Numbered from the stretch's first letter, positions 8,592-19,436 are shown. The stretch: 64,000 bases of DNA from Sedimentisphaeraceae bacterium JB056 (GCA_044440125.1 JBITAJ010000029.1:32001-96000), one strand, 5' to 3'. Numbers and translations are program-made. The notes: generated from the sequence alone by a model not told the origin.

Positions 8592-10322
8592 ATGGATTTC
8601 ATGAAACCAATATATACTGAAGCGGCAAAATGCCAGGACTGCTATAAATGTCTGAGGCAGTGTCCGGTGAAGGCTATAAAGATACAGGATGGTCACGCAA
8701 AGGTTATAAACGAGCTTTGTGTGATGTGCGGTCATTGTGTGCAGGTATGTCCTGTCGGGGCCAAGAAAATCCGTAACGATCTTGAGAGAGCCCGACTTCT
8801 GCTTAAGAGCGACAAGAAGGTTTATGTTTCTCTTGCTCCAAGTTTTGTTACTGAGTTTGCGGATGTTGAACCGGCCAAACTTGTTGCCGCGATAAATAAG
8901 CTTGGTTTTGACGGAGTCTCTGAAACGGCTCTTGGTGCTCAGGAAGTATCTGCTAATATTGGAAAGATAATCAGTGAAGGCAAGAAGGATGTTTACATAT
9001 CTTCGGCTTGTCCAACAATCGTTGAGTATATAAAAAAATATCGCCCGGAGTTTGCTGAAAAAGTTACAAACATGCTCTCCCCTGTACTTGCTCATTGCAA
9101 GATACTTCGAAAGACCTATGGCGATGACATTGCGATTGTTTTTGTAGGGCCCTGCATTGCAAAGAAGAGTGAATCTGATATGTTCCCGCAACTTATGGAT
9201 ATCTCAATAACATTCAAAGACCTGAGGCTGTGGTTTGAAGTTGAAAACATTGAGCTTGAAAAGGTAGAGGCCAGAGAAGACTTTGTTCCCCGCGGTGCTC
9301 AGGAAGGGGCATTGTATCCGATAGACGGTGGAATGATAGCGGGAATAAAAGCCAATTGCAGTGTCAATGATGCGCAGTTCATGGCTTTTTCAGGTATGGA
9401 TGATATAAGGAAAGTGCTTGATGAACTTGATACATCAAAGCTCAAAGGGCCTTTGTTCCTTGAGCTTCTTGCATGCGACGGCGGATGCGTCAACGGGCCG
9501 GCGGTATCAAAAGATTCCGGTACTGCGATGAAACGTTATGATGTTATAGACTACTCAAAATATCCTGATGTGAATATTCCGCGAAAGCCGGAAGTAGAGA
9601 TTGGTACTGATTGGAAAATTGAGCCGGTAAAGCATGCGGAACATACAGAGCAGGAGATAAGAGATGCTTTGCGTTCTGTTGGCAAATACAAGGCCGAGGA
9701 TGAACTCAATTGCAGTGGCTGCGGATATGATTCATGCCGTGAGTTTGCCAAAGCTTTGCTTGATGGACGCGCTGAACCGAGTATGTGCGTCAGTTATATG
9801 CGGCAGTTGGCACATAAGAAAGCCGATGCTCTTATAAAGACTATGCCAAGTGGTGTTGTCATAGTCGATCAGAAACTTGAGATACTTGAGTGCAACAGGA
9901 AGTTTGCAGAACTTCTTGGCGAAGAAACTCTTAAACTTTACGATGATATGCCCGGTCTTGAGAAGGCTGTTTTGGAAAAAATACTGCCGTTTGCAAATAT
10001 ATTCAAGCAGGTTCTCAACAGCGGAGAGAAAGTTGTTGAGAAGAATATAAAGCTTGAGAATATAATTCTGCATGTAACTGTGTTTACAATAGAACCGCAT
10101 AGACTTGTCGGCGGATTCCTGCAGGATATTACTGTTCCTGCCGTGCAGAAGCAGCAGATTATAAACAAGGCAAAGGAAGTAATAGAGAAGAATCTTTCTA
10201 CGGTGCAGCAGATTGCTTATCTGCTTGGTGAGAATGCTTCTGAATCAGAAGTGATACTTAATTCAATAGTAGGTTCTTTCGGGACTGATACTATAGAAGG
10301 CAAGAAAGATGACAAGGACTGA
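8592..10322 (+). CDS. sensory [FeFe]-hydrogenase with PAS domain (group C, HydS/HfsB-like)
   Basis: 2x[4Fe-4S] N-terminus; variant H-cluster motifs ISSACP, GPCIAKKSE, ELLACDGGCVNG; NCSGCGYDSC Fe-S domain; C-terminal PAS-like region. Confidence 0.9.
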   Translation: MDFMKPIYTEAAKCQDCYKCLRQCPVKAIKIQDGHAKVINELCVMCGHCVQVCPVGAKKIRNDLERARLLLKSDKKVYVSLAPSFVTEFADVEPAKLVAAINKLGFDGVSETALGAQEVSANIGKIISEGKKDVYISSACPTIVEYIKKYRPEFAEKVTNMLSPVLAHCKILRKTYGDDIAIVFVGPCIAKKSESDMFPQLMDISITFKDLRLWFEVENIELEKVEAREDFVPRGAQEGALYPIDGGMIAGIKANCSVNDAQFMAFSGMDDIRKVLDELDTSKLKGPLFLELLACDGGCVNGPAVSKDSGTAMKRYDVIDYSKYPDVNIPRKPEVEIGTDWKIEPVKHAEHTEQEIRDALRSVGKYKAEDELNCSGCGYDSCREFAKALLDGRAEPSMCVSYMRQLAHKKADALIKTMPSGVVIVDQKLEILECNRKFAELLGEETLKLYDDMPGLEKAVLEKILPFANIFKQVLNSGEKVVEKNIKLENIILHVTVFTIEPHRLVGGFLQDITVPAVQKQQIINKAKEVIEKNLSTVQQIAYLLGENASESEVILNSIVGSFGTDTIEGKKDDKD

Positions 10323-11499
10323 GGAAGTATTTGTAGAGGTCGATTTTTCGCAAGAGAACAAGGCCGGCCAGACCGCTGCCGGTGATGTGTTTCTCTCGCA
10401 TAGAGATAAGGGCAGTGAACGGACTATCTGTATACTTGCCGATGGTCTTGGCAGCGGCATAAAGGCAAATGTCCTTGCTACGCTTACGGCAACGATGGCG
10501 ATGAAATATGTGACATCGGACATAGATCCGCAGAAAGCCGCTGAAATCATCATGGCTACTTTGCCTGTGTGCAGTACAAGGAAAATTGGATATTCAACAT
10601 TTACAATAATAGATATCCAGCCTCAGAGGAAGGTGAGGGTGATCGAATATGATAATCCTCCATATCTGCTGATAAGAGATGGTAAAGATATAAAAATTGA
10701 AAAAGAGCGTTTTACTATAAAGACAGTTACTACCGGTGAGCGAGAACTTTTTTATAGTGACTTTATTGCAAAAGAAAATGACCGCATAGTGTTTTTCAGT
10801 GATGGTGTCACACAGTCGGGAATGGGCAGCGATGTCATGCCGCTTGGCTGGATGAACGGCGGAGCATCTGCTTGTGTTGTTGATAATTGCAGGCAGGACC
10901 CTGGAATATCAGCAAGATACCTGAGCAGAAAAGTAGTTGAAAGAGCGTTAAAGAACGATCAGTTGAAAGCGAAGGACGACATAAGCTGTGCGGTAGTCAG
11001 TTTCAGGAAGCCGAGAAAGACCCTTGTAGTAACGGGGCCGCCTTTTGACAAGAAGAATGATGCTGTGCTTGCGAGAAAGTTTCAGGAATATAATGGACGC
11101 AAGGTTATATGCGGCGGTACTACTGCCAACATAATCGCAAGAGAGACAGGAAAGCACATCGGGCTTGATCTTTCGAACTTATGGCCTGATATTCCGCCTA
11201 AGTCGAAAATGTCAGGAGCCGATCTTGTTACCGAAGGAACGCTGACGCTTAACAAGACCCTTGAGATATTGAAAAGCGGTAAAGATCCGGATAAACTTCG
11301 ACAGGATCCTGCGTCTGAGCTTGTGAAAATATTCCTGGAAAGCGATGTGATAAATTTTATTGTCGGAACAAAAATTAATGAAGCTCATCAGGACCCGACA
11401 TTACCTGAAGCGCTTGATATAAGACGTAATTTGCTTAAGTCGATGGTGAAGGTTTTGAATGACAAATATCTTAAAGAAGCAAATATTGAATTGATATAA
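10309..11499 (+). CDS. SpoIIE/PP2C-type Ser/Thr phosphatase (HfsC-like)
   Basis: GDVF, LADGLGSGIKANVL, FSDGV, DDIS motifs. Confidence 0.9.
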   Translation: MTRTEEVFVEVDFSQENKAGQTAAGDVFLSHRDKGSERTICILADGLGSGIKANVLATLTATMAMKYVTSDIDPQKAAEIIMATLPVCSTRKIGYSTFTIIDIQPQRKVRVIEYDNPPYLLIRDGKDIKIEKERFTIKTVTTGERELFYSDFIAKENDRIVFFSDGVTQSGMGSDVMPLGWMNGGASACVVDNCRQDPGISARYLSRKVVERALKNDQLKAKDDISCAVVSFRKPRKTLVVTGPPFDKKNDAVLARKFQEYNGRKVICGGTTANIIARETGKHIGLDLSNLWPDIPPKSKMSGADLVTEGTLTLNKTLEILKSGKDPDKLRQDPASELVKIFLESDVINFIVGTKINEAHQDPTLPEALDIRRNLLKSMVKVLNDKYLKEANIELI

Positions 11500-11583
11500 A
11501 GTGAATTTGAAAGTTAAAGTTTTATCTTTAGCTGAATTTGAATCTATATTCTTAAAGTAATATATAAACAGAGGAAAATTAAA

Positions 11584-12078
11584 ATGTCTTGCGAAGGCTG
11601 CAAACAGAAAAAATTTGAAAAAGTGTGTCAGATTATAGCTGAGCATGGTGATGATAAGTCAAAGTTGATACCGATTCTTCATGCTGTTCAGCGTGAGTAC
11701 CGATATCTGCCCGAAGAAATATTGACATATGTTTCTATGAGGCTTAATCTCCCGCCGGCAAAGGTGTATGGAGTTGCAAGTTTTTATGCTCACTATGCCC
11801 TTAAGCCAAAGGGTAAATATGTGATTCATATATGCGATGGTACTGCGTGCCATGTTAAAGGTTCAATCGCGATACTTGATGCTATGTATGAGAAGCTTGG
11901 ATTGAGCAAGGATAAGCCGACAAGCGATGATATGCTTTTCACTGTTGAGACAGTGAGTTGTCTTGGTGCTTGCGGAATGGCTCCGGTTATTACTATAAAT
12001 GAAGATGTGCATGGATTGGTAACACCCGATTCTGCTGTAGCTCTTCTGGATGATATCATAGAGAAAGAAGCTAAATAA
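11584..12078 (+). CDS. hydC: electron-bifurcating hydrogenase [2Fe-2S] subunit (NuoE-like)
   Basis: CDGTACHVKGS; SCLGACGMAP. Confidence 0.9.
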   Translation: MSCEGCKQKKFEKVCQIIAEHGDDKSKLIPILHAVQREYRYLPEEILTYVSMRLNLPPAKVYGVASFYAHYALKPKGKYVIHICDGTACHVKGSIAILDAMYEKLGLSKDKPTSDDMLFTVETVSCLGACGMAPVITINEDVHGLVTPDSAVALLDDIIEKEAK

Positions 12079-12090
12079 ACAGGTGAATAA

Positions 12091-13992
12091 ATGCTAACAG
12101 GAAAAGTTGATCTTGAAAATATAAGAGATGAGTATCTCAAGTCATACGAGAAGCTCGACAAACATATAGTAGTTTGTGCAGGTACTGCCTGCATGGCCAA
12201 CGGGTCGCAGAAAGTGTATGATGCTCTCGTTGAAGAGATAGAGAAAAAAGGACTCAATGTTTCAGTAAAACTTCAGAAGTGTGAAGACAATAAAGCTGAT
12301 GTGTTGATGAGCAAGAGTGGATGCCGCGGCTTCTGTCAGGTAGGTCCGCTTGTTACGATACGTCCTCATGAACTTCATTACGTACATGTTAAACCTGAGG
12401 ATGCTAAAGAGATAGTGGAGAGGTCTGTTGCAGAAGATCAGACTATAGAACGCCTTCTCTATACAGATCCTTCAACAGGAAGCAAATGTGCGACAACAAA
12501 AGATATACCGTTCTACACTCAGCAGACAAGATATGTGATTGAGCAGTGCGGTAAGATAGACGCTGAAGATATCAATGAATACATCGCTAAAGATGGTTAC
12601 TTCTCAGCACGCAAGGCGTACACAGAAATGGAGCCACAGGCGATATGTGATACTGTTCAAGAGTCAGGCCTTCGCGGTCGAGGCGGCGGCGGTTTTCCAA
12701 CCGGTCGTAAATGGGCTTTGACTTTACCTCAGCCGGGTGAAAAGAAATTCGTTATTTGCAATGGTGATGAAGGTGATCCAGGCGCGTTTATGGATCGAAG
12801 CCTTATGGAAGGTAATCCGCACAGGGTTCTTGAGGGCATGATGATTGCAGCAAGAGCTATAGGTGCAGATGAAGGATATATATATGTTCGTGCAGAATAT
12901 CCACTGGCCGTCTCGCGTATTCAGAATGCTGTTGCCGAAGCAGAGAAGATCGGTATTCTCGGTGAAAATATTTTCGGCTGCGGCAAGAATCTTAAACTGC
13001 ATGTAATGGAAGGGGCGGGAGCTTTTGTCTGTGGTGAAGAAACCGCATTGATCGCTTCCATAGAAGGGCTTAGAGGAATGCCCAGACCCAAGCCTCCATT
13101 CCCTGCTCAGAGCGGCTTGTGGGGTAAGCCTACATGTATCAATAACGTTGAAACATTGGCGACAGTTCCTCTTATCATCGCTTCCGGAGCCGATAAGTTC
13201 CGTGAGAATGGAACAGAAGGTTCACCTGGTACAAAGACATTTGCTCTTACCGGTCATGTTGCCAATACCGGCCTGATCGAGGTTCCATTCGGTGGAACTG
13301 TTCGTGATGTTGTATTCGGTATCGGCGGCGGAGTAACAGACTCAAATGGCAAGATAATGGAAGACGGTTTCAAGGCCGTACAGTGCGGCGGTCCTTCCGG
13401 CGGCTGTCTTACTGCAGACCATCTTGATTTGCCTGTTGATTTTGATTCGCTCAGAAGTATCGGTGCTATGGTCGGTTCGGGCGGGCTTGTTGTAATGAAC
13501 AAGAATACCTGTATGGTTCAGATCGCACACTTCTTTATGCAGTTTACGCAAAATGAATCTTGTGGAAAATGCGTGCCTTGTCGTGAAGGTACTAAGCAAA
13601 TGCTGAGACTGCTGGAAGATATTATAAACGGTGAGGGAACCCTTGAGACGATAGCTCTGCTCGAAAGAGTGGCTAATGCTGTAGGTAAGGGTTCGCTTTG
13701 CGGACTTGGCAAAACCGCTCCCAATCCTGTGCTTACAACATTGCGGTTCTTCCGTGATGAATATATTGCACATGTGGTTGACAAGAAATGTCCGGCGGGT
13801 CAGTGCAAGGCTCTTGCTATGCCTGAGATTGATCCGGATAAGTGTATAGGGTGCGGCCTTTGTGCGAGAAAGTGTCCGGTTGATGCAATAGCCGGAGAGA
13901 AAAAGAAAGTGCATGTTATCGATGAAGATAAATGTATTAAGTGCGGCGCTTGTGCTGAAGCTTGTAAATTTAACGCTGTAATCGGGATCTGA
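12091..13992 (+). CDS. hydB: electron-bifurcating hydrogenase FMN/NADH subunit (NuoF-like)
   Basis: GLRGRGGGGFPTG, NGDEGDPGAFMDR, CGEETAL, ESCGKCVPCREG; C-terminal 2x[4Fe-4S]. Confidence 0.93.
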   Translation: MLTGKVDLENIRDEYLKSYEKLDKHIVVCAGTACMANGSQKVYDALVEEIEKKGLNVSVKLQKCEDNKADVLMSKSGCRGFCQVGPLVTIRPHELHYVHVKPEDAKEIVERSVAEDQTIERLLYTDPSTGSKCATTKDIPFYTQQTRYVIEQCGKIDAEDINEYIAKDGYFSARKAYTEMEPQAICDTVQESGLRGRGGGGFPTGRKWALTLPQPGEKKFVICNGDEGDPGAFMDRSLMEGNPHRVLEGMMIAARAIGADEGYIYVRAEYPLAVSRIQNAVAEAEKIGILGENIFGCGKNLKLHVMEGAGAFVCGEETALIASIEGLRGMPRPKPPFPAQSGLWGKPTCINNVETLATVPLIIASGADKFRENGTEGSPGTKTFALTGHVANTGLIEVPFGGTVRDVVFGIGGGVTDSNGKIMEDGFKAVQCGGPSGGCLTADHLDLPVDFDSLRSIGAMVGSGGLVVMNKNTCMVQIAHFFMQFTQNESCGKCVPCREGTKQMLRLLEDIINGEGTLETIALLERVANAVGKGSLCGLGKTAPNPVLTTLRFFRDEYIAHVVDKKCPAGQCKALAMPEIDPDKCIGCGLCARKCPVDAIAGEKKKVHVIDEDKCIKCGACAEACKFNAVIGI

Positions 13993-13994
13993 AA

Positions 13995-15998
13995 ATGAAT
14001 AATGAGAAAAAATATTTAACGATAGACGGACGCAAAGTTGAAATCGGTAACGAACGCAACTTGCTTGAAATAATAAGACGAATAGGTATCGATCTTCCGA
14101 CATTCTGTTACCATTCCGAGCTTAGTATCTACGGTGCATGTCGTTTGTGCGTTGTGGATATTGACGGCCTTGGCATCGTTACTTCATGCAGTACTATGCC
14201 GCAGGAAGGAATGGTTGTTCGCACGAATACAAATGAGCTTCGCGAGATGAGAAAGGTTTACATTAAGCTTCTTCTTGCAAATCATCACCAGAGCTGTACT
14301 ACTTGTTCCAAGAGCAGTGCATGTCGTCTGCAGGATCTCGCTAACAGGCTCAGCATACGTGATATTCCTTTCGCTAAGGATTATGTACCGAAGCCGATTG
14401 ACGATACCAGCCCTTCACTGATTCGCGACCCTAACAAGTGTGTGCTTTGCGGCGACTGTGTTAGAGCCTGTGAAGAGATACAGGGAGTTGGCGCGATAGA
14501 TTTTGCTAATCGAGGAGCCAATACGGTTGTCTCTCCTGCGTTTCTGAAAAATCTTGACGCAGTTGAATGCGTATATTGCGGTCTTTGCGCGAGTGTTTGT
14601 CCGACAGGTGCAATTACTCCCAAGCCTGAAATCGAAAAGGTATGGACTGCGCTCAACGATGAAAAGAAAACCGTTGTAGTTCAGATAGCACCTGCCGTAC
14701 GTGTTGCTCTCGGTGAGATGTTCGGACAGGAAGCTGGTACGATAACTACAGGCAAGATGGTGGCTGCGTTGAAGCTTCTTGGTTTTGATCAGGTTTACGA
14801 TACATCTTTTGCAGCGGACCTCACTGTACTGGAAGAAGCCAATGAGTTTATTGCCCGCAAGACTAAGGGCCAAAAGCTCCCATTGTTTACATCATGCTGT
14901 CCGGCTTGGGTTAAGTATGCAGAACAGTTCTACCCGGATCTTCTGCCAAACCTTTCTTCTTGCAAGTCTCCTCAGCAGATGTTTGGTTCAGTAGCGAGGG
15001 AAAGCTTGCCGAAGGCTCTCGGTGTTGAGAATAAAGATCTCTACATTGTATCTATTATGCCTTGTACTGCCAAGAAATTTGAAGCACAGCGTGATGAGTT
15101 TAAGACCGATGAAAATAGAGATGTCGATGCAGTGATCACAACTCAGGAACTTGGCAGAATGATAAAGGAAACCGGTATTCAGTTCAATACCCTTACTCCT
15201 GAATCACTCGATATGCCGCTTGGCTTCAAGACTGGAGCAGGTGTTATATTCGGTACTACCGGCGGTGTCAGCGAAGCGGTACTCAGATATGCTACCGAGA
15301 AACTCACTGGTGAGAAACTTCATAACTCAGACTTCAATGAAGTTCGCGGCATGGATGGTATGCGTGTGCTTGAGACAAGCATTGGCGGTATCAATCTTAA
15401 GCTTGCTATCGTTCACAGCCTTAAGAACGCATGCAAAGTTGCAGAGATGATACGCAAGGGCGAGTGTGATTTTGATTTTGTAGAAGTTATGGCTTGTCCG
15501 GGTGGATGTATTGCCGGTGCCGGTCAACCGGTTAGCTGGGATGCAGACGTCAAGAATAAACGCCGTAAGGGTCTTTACAATACAGACAAGCAGCTTCAAC
15601 TGCATAAATCACAGGATAACCCGTTCATCAACAAGTGCTATGAAGAAAATCTTGGCGGTGAAGTTGGCGGTCATAAGGCACACGAGCTTCTGCATACTGA
15701 ATATAAGACACGTCGCAGGATAACCGATCAGAATATTGAGATGGGTGATAAAGCTGACGGCAAACTTAACGTCAGTGTTTGTGTGGGAACAAGCTGTCAT
15801 ATCAAAGGCTCGCAGACGATCCTGCAAGGGTTGATGGCTTATGTTCGTGACAATCAGCTTGATGACAAGGTTAATATCCAGGCTACTTTCTGCTTCGAGA
15901 ATTGCGGTCAGGCTCCAAACGTAAAGATTGGAGATTCGCTGCTGAGCAAGTGTACGCTTGAAAGCGTCATTGAAGAAGTAGACAAGAATATAAAATAA
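13995..15998 (+). CDS. hydA: [FeFe]-hydrogenase catalytic subunit (group A3) with C-terminal [2Fe-2S] domain
   Basis: H-cluster motifs TSCCPAW, MPCTAKKFE, EVMACPGGCIAGAGQP; N-terminal F-clusters; C-terminal CVGTSC...CFENC. Confidence 0.95.
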   Translation: MNNEKKYLTIDGRKVEIGNERNLLEIIRRIGIDLPTFCYHSELSIYGACRLCVVDIDGLGIVTSCSTMPQEGMVVRTNTNELREMRKVYIKLLLANHHQSCTTCSKSSACRLQDLANRLSIRDIPFAKDYVPKPIDDTSPSLIRDPNKCVLCGDCVRACEEIQGVGAIDFANRGANTVVSPAFLKNLDAVECVYCGLCASVCPTGAITPKPEIEKVWTALNDEKKTVVVQIAPAVRVALGEMFGQEAGTITTGKMVAALKLLGFDQVYDTSFAADLTVLEEANEFIARKTKGQKLPLFTSCCPAWVKYAEQFYPDLLPNLSSCKSPQQMFGSVARESLPKALGVENKDLYIVSIMPCTAKKFEAQRDEFKTDENRDVDAVITTQELGRMIKETGIQFNTLTPESLDMPLGFKTGAGVIFGTTGGVSEAVLRYATEKLTGEKLHNSDFNEVRGMDGMRVLETSIGGINLKLAIVHSLKNACKVAEMIRKGECDFDFVEVMACPGGCIAGAGQPVSWDADVKNKRRKGLYNTDKQLQLHKSQDNPFINKCYEENLGGEVGGHKAHELLHTEYKTRRRITDQNIEMGDKADGKLNVSVCVGTSCHIKGSQTILQGLMAYVRDNQLDDKVNIQATFCFENCGQAPNVKIGDSLLSKCTLESVIEEVDKNIK

Positions 15999-16022
15999 GA
16001 GAAGTCCAAAAATAATCTCACG

Positions 16023-16053
16023 AAAGCCGCTGTGAAACCCATGGCGGCTTTTT
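16023..16053. terminator. intrinsic terminator between convergent genes
   Basis: AAAGCCGC...GCGGCTTT stem followed by a T-run. Confidence 0.8.
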
Positions 16054-16819
16054 ATTTTTTATGGGCCGATATCATTAGTGGGTAATACATTCCAAGTGAG
16101 CTTAATGCAGAAAGCATGATCTTTCTTAAGGGTTCAACACGGCATATTGCAGTGACTGCCTTTCGGAGAAAACGATTCTTGATTTTAGATGCTTCTGCGA
16201 TGGTGAATTTTCCGGCGAATTCTTTTTTGCCGTCACTTATCAATTCCATCTTATCGCTGTTGTTACGGCAGATACGTCTTATGTCGGCGGGTTTGATTAT
16301 ATTGAGTGATTCATAATAATCGGTGTATCTACCCAGCATCTTCAGGTATATACGGCCGGATGATTTGGTCAAAAACGGCAGCCAGATTATCTTGTAATGA
16401 CCTTCATAGAATGATTTATAGTTTGGGAATTTATGACACATCCTGCCATCGTGCTTTAGAACTCGAAGACTCTCTGAGATAAATCTTTCAATCGATTCCA
16501 CATGTTCGAGTACCTGGAATGAAACTATATAGTCAAAGCTTTCGTCATCGAATGGTATGTTGAGGCCATCATAAAGCTTGAGGTCCATTTCAGGGAAGAG
16601 GGTACTTGTTTTCTCGTAGACCGGCGGGCGTACTTCCAGACCGGCAACTATCATGCCGGCTTTCTGACATTGTTTTAGAAACAGGCCGTTGCCGAATCCA
16701 AGTTCGAGTATTTTCTTGCCGGACAGGTCGCTTGCATCAACCCCGCAATCGGCTGCGAATCTGTTGAATTGTTCGTTGGCTCTGCGGTCTATATCCATAC
16801 ACTTACCATTGGATGCCAA
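16052..16819 (-). CDS. class I SAM-dependent methyltransferase
   Basis: ILELGFGNG; PFDDESFDYIVSFQVLEHV. Confidence 0.9.
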   Translation of the reverse strand: MASNGKCMDIDRRANEQFNRFAADCGVDASDLSGKKILELGFGNGLFLKQCQKAGMIVAGLEVRPPVYEKTSTLFPEMDLKLYDGLNIPFDDESFDYIVSFQVLEHVESIERFISESLRVLKHDGRMCHKFPNYKSFYEGHYKIIWLPFLTKSSGRIYLKMLGRYTDYYESLNIIKPADIRRICRNNSDKMELISDGKKEFAGKFTIAEASKIKNRFLRKAVTAICRVEPLRKIMLSALSSLGMYYPLMISAHKK

Positions 16820-17968
16820 TCAGGTTTTCATTGCGTCTATTTCAAGTATTGCTATCGGCAGGAATATTATTACCGGCAGAAATACCCATATGTCAGGGCG
16901 TATATAGCCGAATATCTGTTCTGTGGCAAACATCTTGCATACAAATGTTGCGATGAAACAACCGCCTGTCGTCAGAAAACTCGCCATTATTGCCGGCTTC
17001 ATTGCCTTGTTGTCTCTGCATACAAGTATAGGCAGGGCTACCATGAGCATTATGAAGTTTATCAGCGGGTCGGTGAATCTTGAATGCTTCTGCATATAGA
17101 GTTTGGCGCGGTCTTGTACATATCCGCCTTTTGCCAATTCGGCAAGCTGCTTTGAGCTCAGCAGCGATGTGAAACGTTCCTGTCGCCTTATTGGTATAAG
17201 CTGCGGGGTCAGACTGCTTTTATAGGAGATTGCGGTTTTCTTCTTTGTCAGCAGGGAGGAGTCTTTCTCACGGGTAAACTGCTGGATTGCTCCGCCTGTC
17301 GTTTCTGTTTGCCCTTCGGCGTTCTGTGTTTCTGAGAAGAATTGCCATGTCTGTTTCGTGTCATTGTAAACAGCCTTGTCAGCACGTATCCAGCCGATAG
17401 TTTTCCAGATTCCGCTTTCAACCGGCTCACGTAGTATTATCGCCGGGTTGGTCATCGTCTTGGTTGCTTCATCATAGCTGTTGGCATATATTACAGAACC
17501 TTTGTCGTCGGTAAGACATTCTATCGGATAGCTTTTGCTCTGCTGCACTTCGTCCTGGTCGCGAACGATCAGTGATGCCAGACGAGGTATGAGGATTTCC
17601 TGATCAATCACAAGCAGTCCGCTGAGCAGCAATGCCATCACGATAATCGGCATTATTACCCGTTTAAGGCTTACTCCAGAGGCCATTACTGCGGTAAGCT
17701 CGTTGAATCTTGTCATCTTGCTGAGCGAGAACACTGCGGCTACTACCGTTATGATGCCGGCGAAATCACGGAAATAGATCGTGCTTTGTACGCCGTAAAA
17801 CAAGGCTATATTGCGGAGAATGTCGAATATTGAGGCATCGGGAGCCTCGGTGAATTCGTCAATATTCACGAAAAGATCGATCATTATCCGCAGGCCGATC
17901 AAGACTGCGAATGAAATCAGATAACCGATCAGAAAGTTCTTTGCTATATATCTATCAAGTATTTTCAC
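16820..17968 (-). CDS. LptF/LptG-family LPS export permease
   Basis: MKILDRYI start, NELTAVMASGVSLKR, 3+3 TM helices around a periplasmic domain. Confidence 0.88.
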   Translation of the reverse strand: MKILDRYIAKNFLIGYLISFAVLIGLRIMIDLFVNIDEFTEAPDASIFDILRNIALFYGVQSTIYFRDFAGIITVVAAVFSLSKMTRFNELTAVMASGVSLKRVIMPIIVMALLLSGLLVIDQEILIPRLASLIVRDQDEVQQSKSYPIECLTDDKGSVIYANSYDEATKTMTNPAIILREPVESGIWKTIGWIRADKAVYNDTKQTWQFFSETQNAEGQTETTGGAIQQFTREKDSSLLTKKKTAISYKSSLTPQLIPIRRQERFTSLLSSKQLAELAKGGYVQDRAKLYMQKHSRFTDPLINFIMLMVALPILVCRDNKAMKPAIMASFLTTGGCFIATFVCKMFATEQIFGYIRPDIWVFLPVIIFLPIAILEIDAMKT

Positions 17969-18059
17969 TTATCAATACCTATAATCAATTAAAATCAGGA
18001 AGCTGTTTTATGCATTATAAGTAAAGCCGGGTTTAGGTAAAGAATATTTTATGTGTGTG

Positions 18060-18122
18060 TATTTCTTAAGAGATTTTTCCTGCTTGACAATTAATTTCTG
18101 CTATATATGATTGGTTTTAGTG
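18060..18122 (+). repeat. 63-bp direct repeat, copy 1 (contains a promoter)
   Basis: 61/63 identical to 19477-19539; TTGACA-16bp-TATGAT. Confidence 0.95.
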
Positions 18123-18347
18123 ATTATGCGATTGTGATATTTTGTAAATATGGACTGCAAATATGGGAAAGTTAGTAGTTAATTTGTTTAATGCCAAATC
18201 TCGTATCTATTGTTATTCCTGTTATTAAATATTAATCCACAGAACTCAAGAACTCGTGATGGATGTATAGACAATATTGTTGCTTATTTAGCATTAGAAA
18301 TGGATTTTAAGGGCATATTTGGTGATTTATAGTCGAGGAATAGTTCA

Positions 18348-18779
18348 GTGATTTTTAAAAGTTATAAATTAAATATTGCGATTTTTTTGGTTTTCTCGAT
18401 TCTGTCTTCAGTGTTGTATATGAATCTACTAAGGGAGAAAGAAAATGTAAGGTCTACTAAATCAAGTGCTTTGGTTATTGCGGATAAAGCAGGTGTGGTC
18501 TTAGCAAACCTGAATTTTGAGAAAAAACAGTACATTTACTATATTACTGATATTGAGATATCTGATAAACAGAAAAATACACGGTCATTTGTATTGGCAA
18601 AGAAATTAGGTTTCAAAATAGAAAAATTAAAATTTGGCTCAGATACTTTTCCAATTTGTAGAAGTACTGATAGTTATGATTTCTATCAAACTTTGGAAGA
18701 CTTTACGGTACGAGTTCATAATGCAACATTGATTAGATTGGTTGAAAACTCAAATACGAAATTAGCAGAGGATAATTAA
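18348..18779 (+). CDS. hypothetical protein with N-terminal TM/signal
   Basis: AT-rich ORF with GTG start, GAGG upstream and a hydrophobic N-terminus. Confidence 0.6.
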   Translation: MIFKSYKLNIAIFLVFSILSSVLYMNLLREKENVRSTKSSALVIADKAGVVLANLNFEKKQYIYYITDIEISDKQKNTRSFVLAKKLGFKIEKLKFGSDTFPICRSTDSYDFYQTLEDFTVRVHNATLIRLVENSNTKLAEDN

Positions 18780-18851
18780 GGAATATCATTAGCTGCCCCC
18801 TGTATTTGTCAAATTTTGTTTTCATCTGTAGTGTTTTAGGAGTTAATTCTA

Positions 18852-19298
18852 ATGAGTAAGAGTGCTAAAAATACAATTTTGTATCTCTTTATTGCTTTGA
18901 ACATATTATCAGTGTTAGTAATGTTTTTTTTTATAGGCACGTATAAAACGAACATCCAAAACAGAAGCCTGGTTAAGCAACGATATTTTTATGAAAAATA
19001 TAATGAGTTAGAAGAGCATGAAATGCTTTCTTCTGGAAAAGGGCTGCCGTTTAAAGTTATTGAAGGTGCATTTGAAGGTGGGAATAAAATTTTCTTAATT
19101 GAAAAATCCTTAGGCAGTTATGTTTTGACTTTTGGAAATGGAGAACAGCTTATATGCTCCTATTTTCCAGAAAAGAGATTAGCTCAATATCATTTTAAGA
19201 CAAAATTCGTTGACAGACTTACTGTGTTTTGTGGATTGCTTAATTTTTTTATACCAGTTATAATATTTTTTCTTGTAAGAAAAACTCTTAAAGATTAA
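18852..19298 (+). CDS. hypothetical membrane protein
   Basis: AGGAG RBS; N- and C-terminal TM helices. Confidence 0.7.
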   Translation: MSKSAKNTILYLFIALNILSVLVMFFFIGTYKTNIQNRSLVKQRYFYEKYNELEEHEMLSSGKGLPFKVIEGAFEGGNKIFLIEKSLGSYVLTFGNGEQLICSYFPEKRLAQYHFKTKFVDRLTVFCGLLNFFIPVIIFFLVRKTLKD

Positions 19299-19391
19299 TA
19301 GGGAACGGGGTTGAGTATCTTTTATATCTTTTAATAACAGGTTTTTATGTTTGTGGGAACAGGTGATTACGCCCTGTTTCTCAATTGTAGA

Positions 19392-19436
19392 CCAATGGTG
19401 TTGCCCTTGTCTATACTATAATGCCTTTTCAGAGTG
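19392..19436 (-). repeat. degenerate REP-like element related to the arms inside the 1634-1886 MITE
   Basis: Reverse complement CACTCTGAAAAGGCATTATAGTATAGACAAGGGCAACACCATTGG resembles GCCCGAAGGGC..TATAGCCCGCGGCAACGCCGTGGG. Confidence 0.5.
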
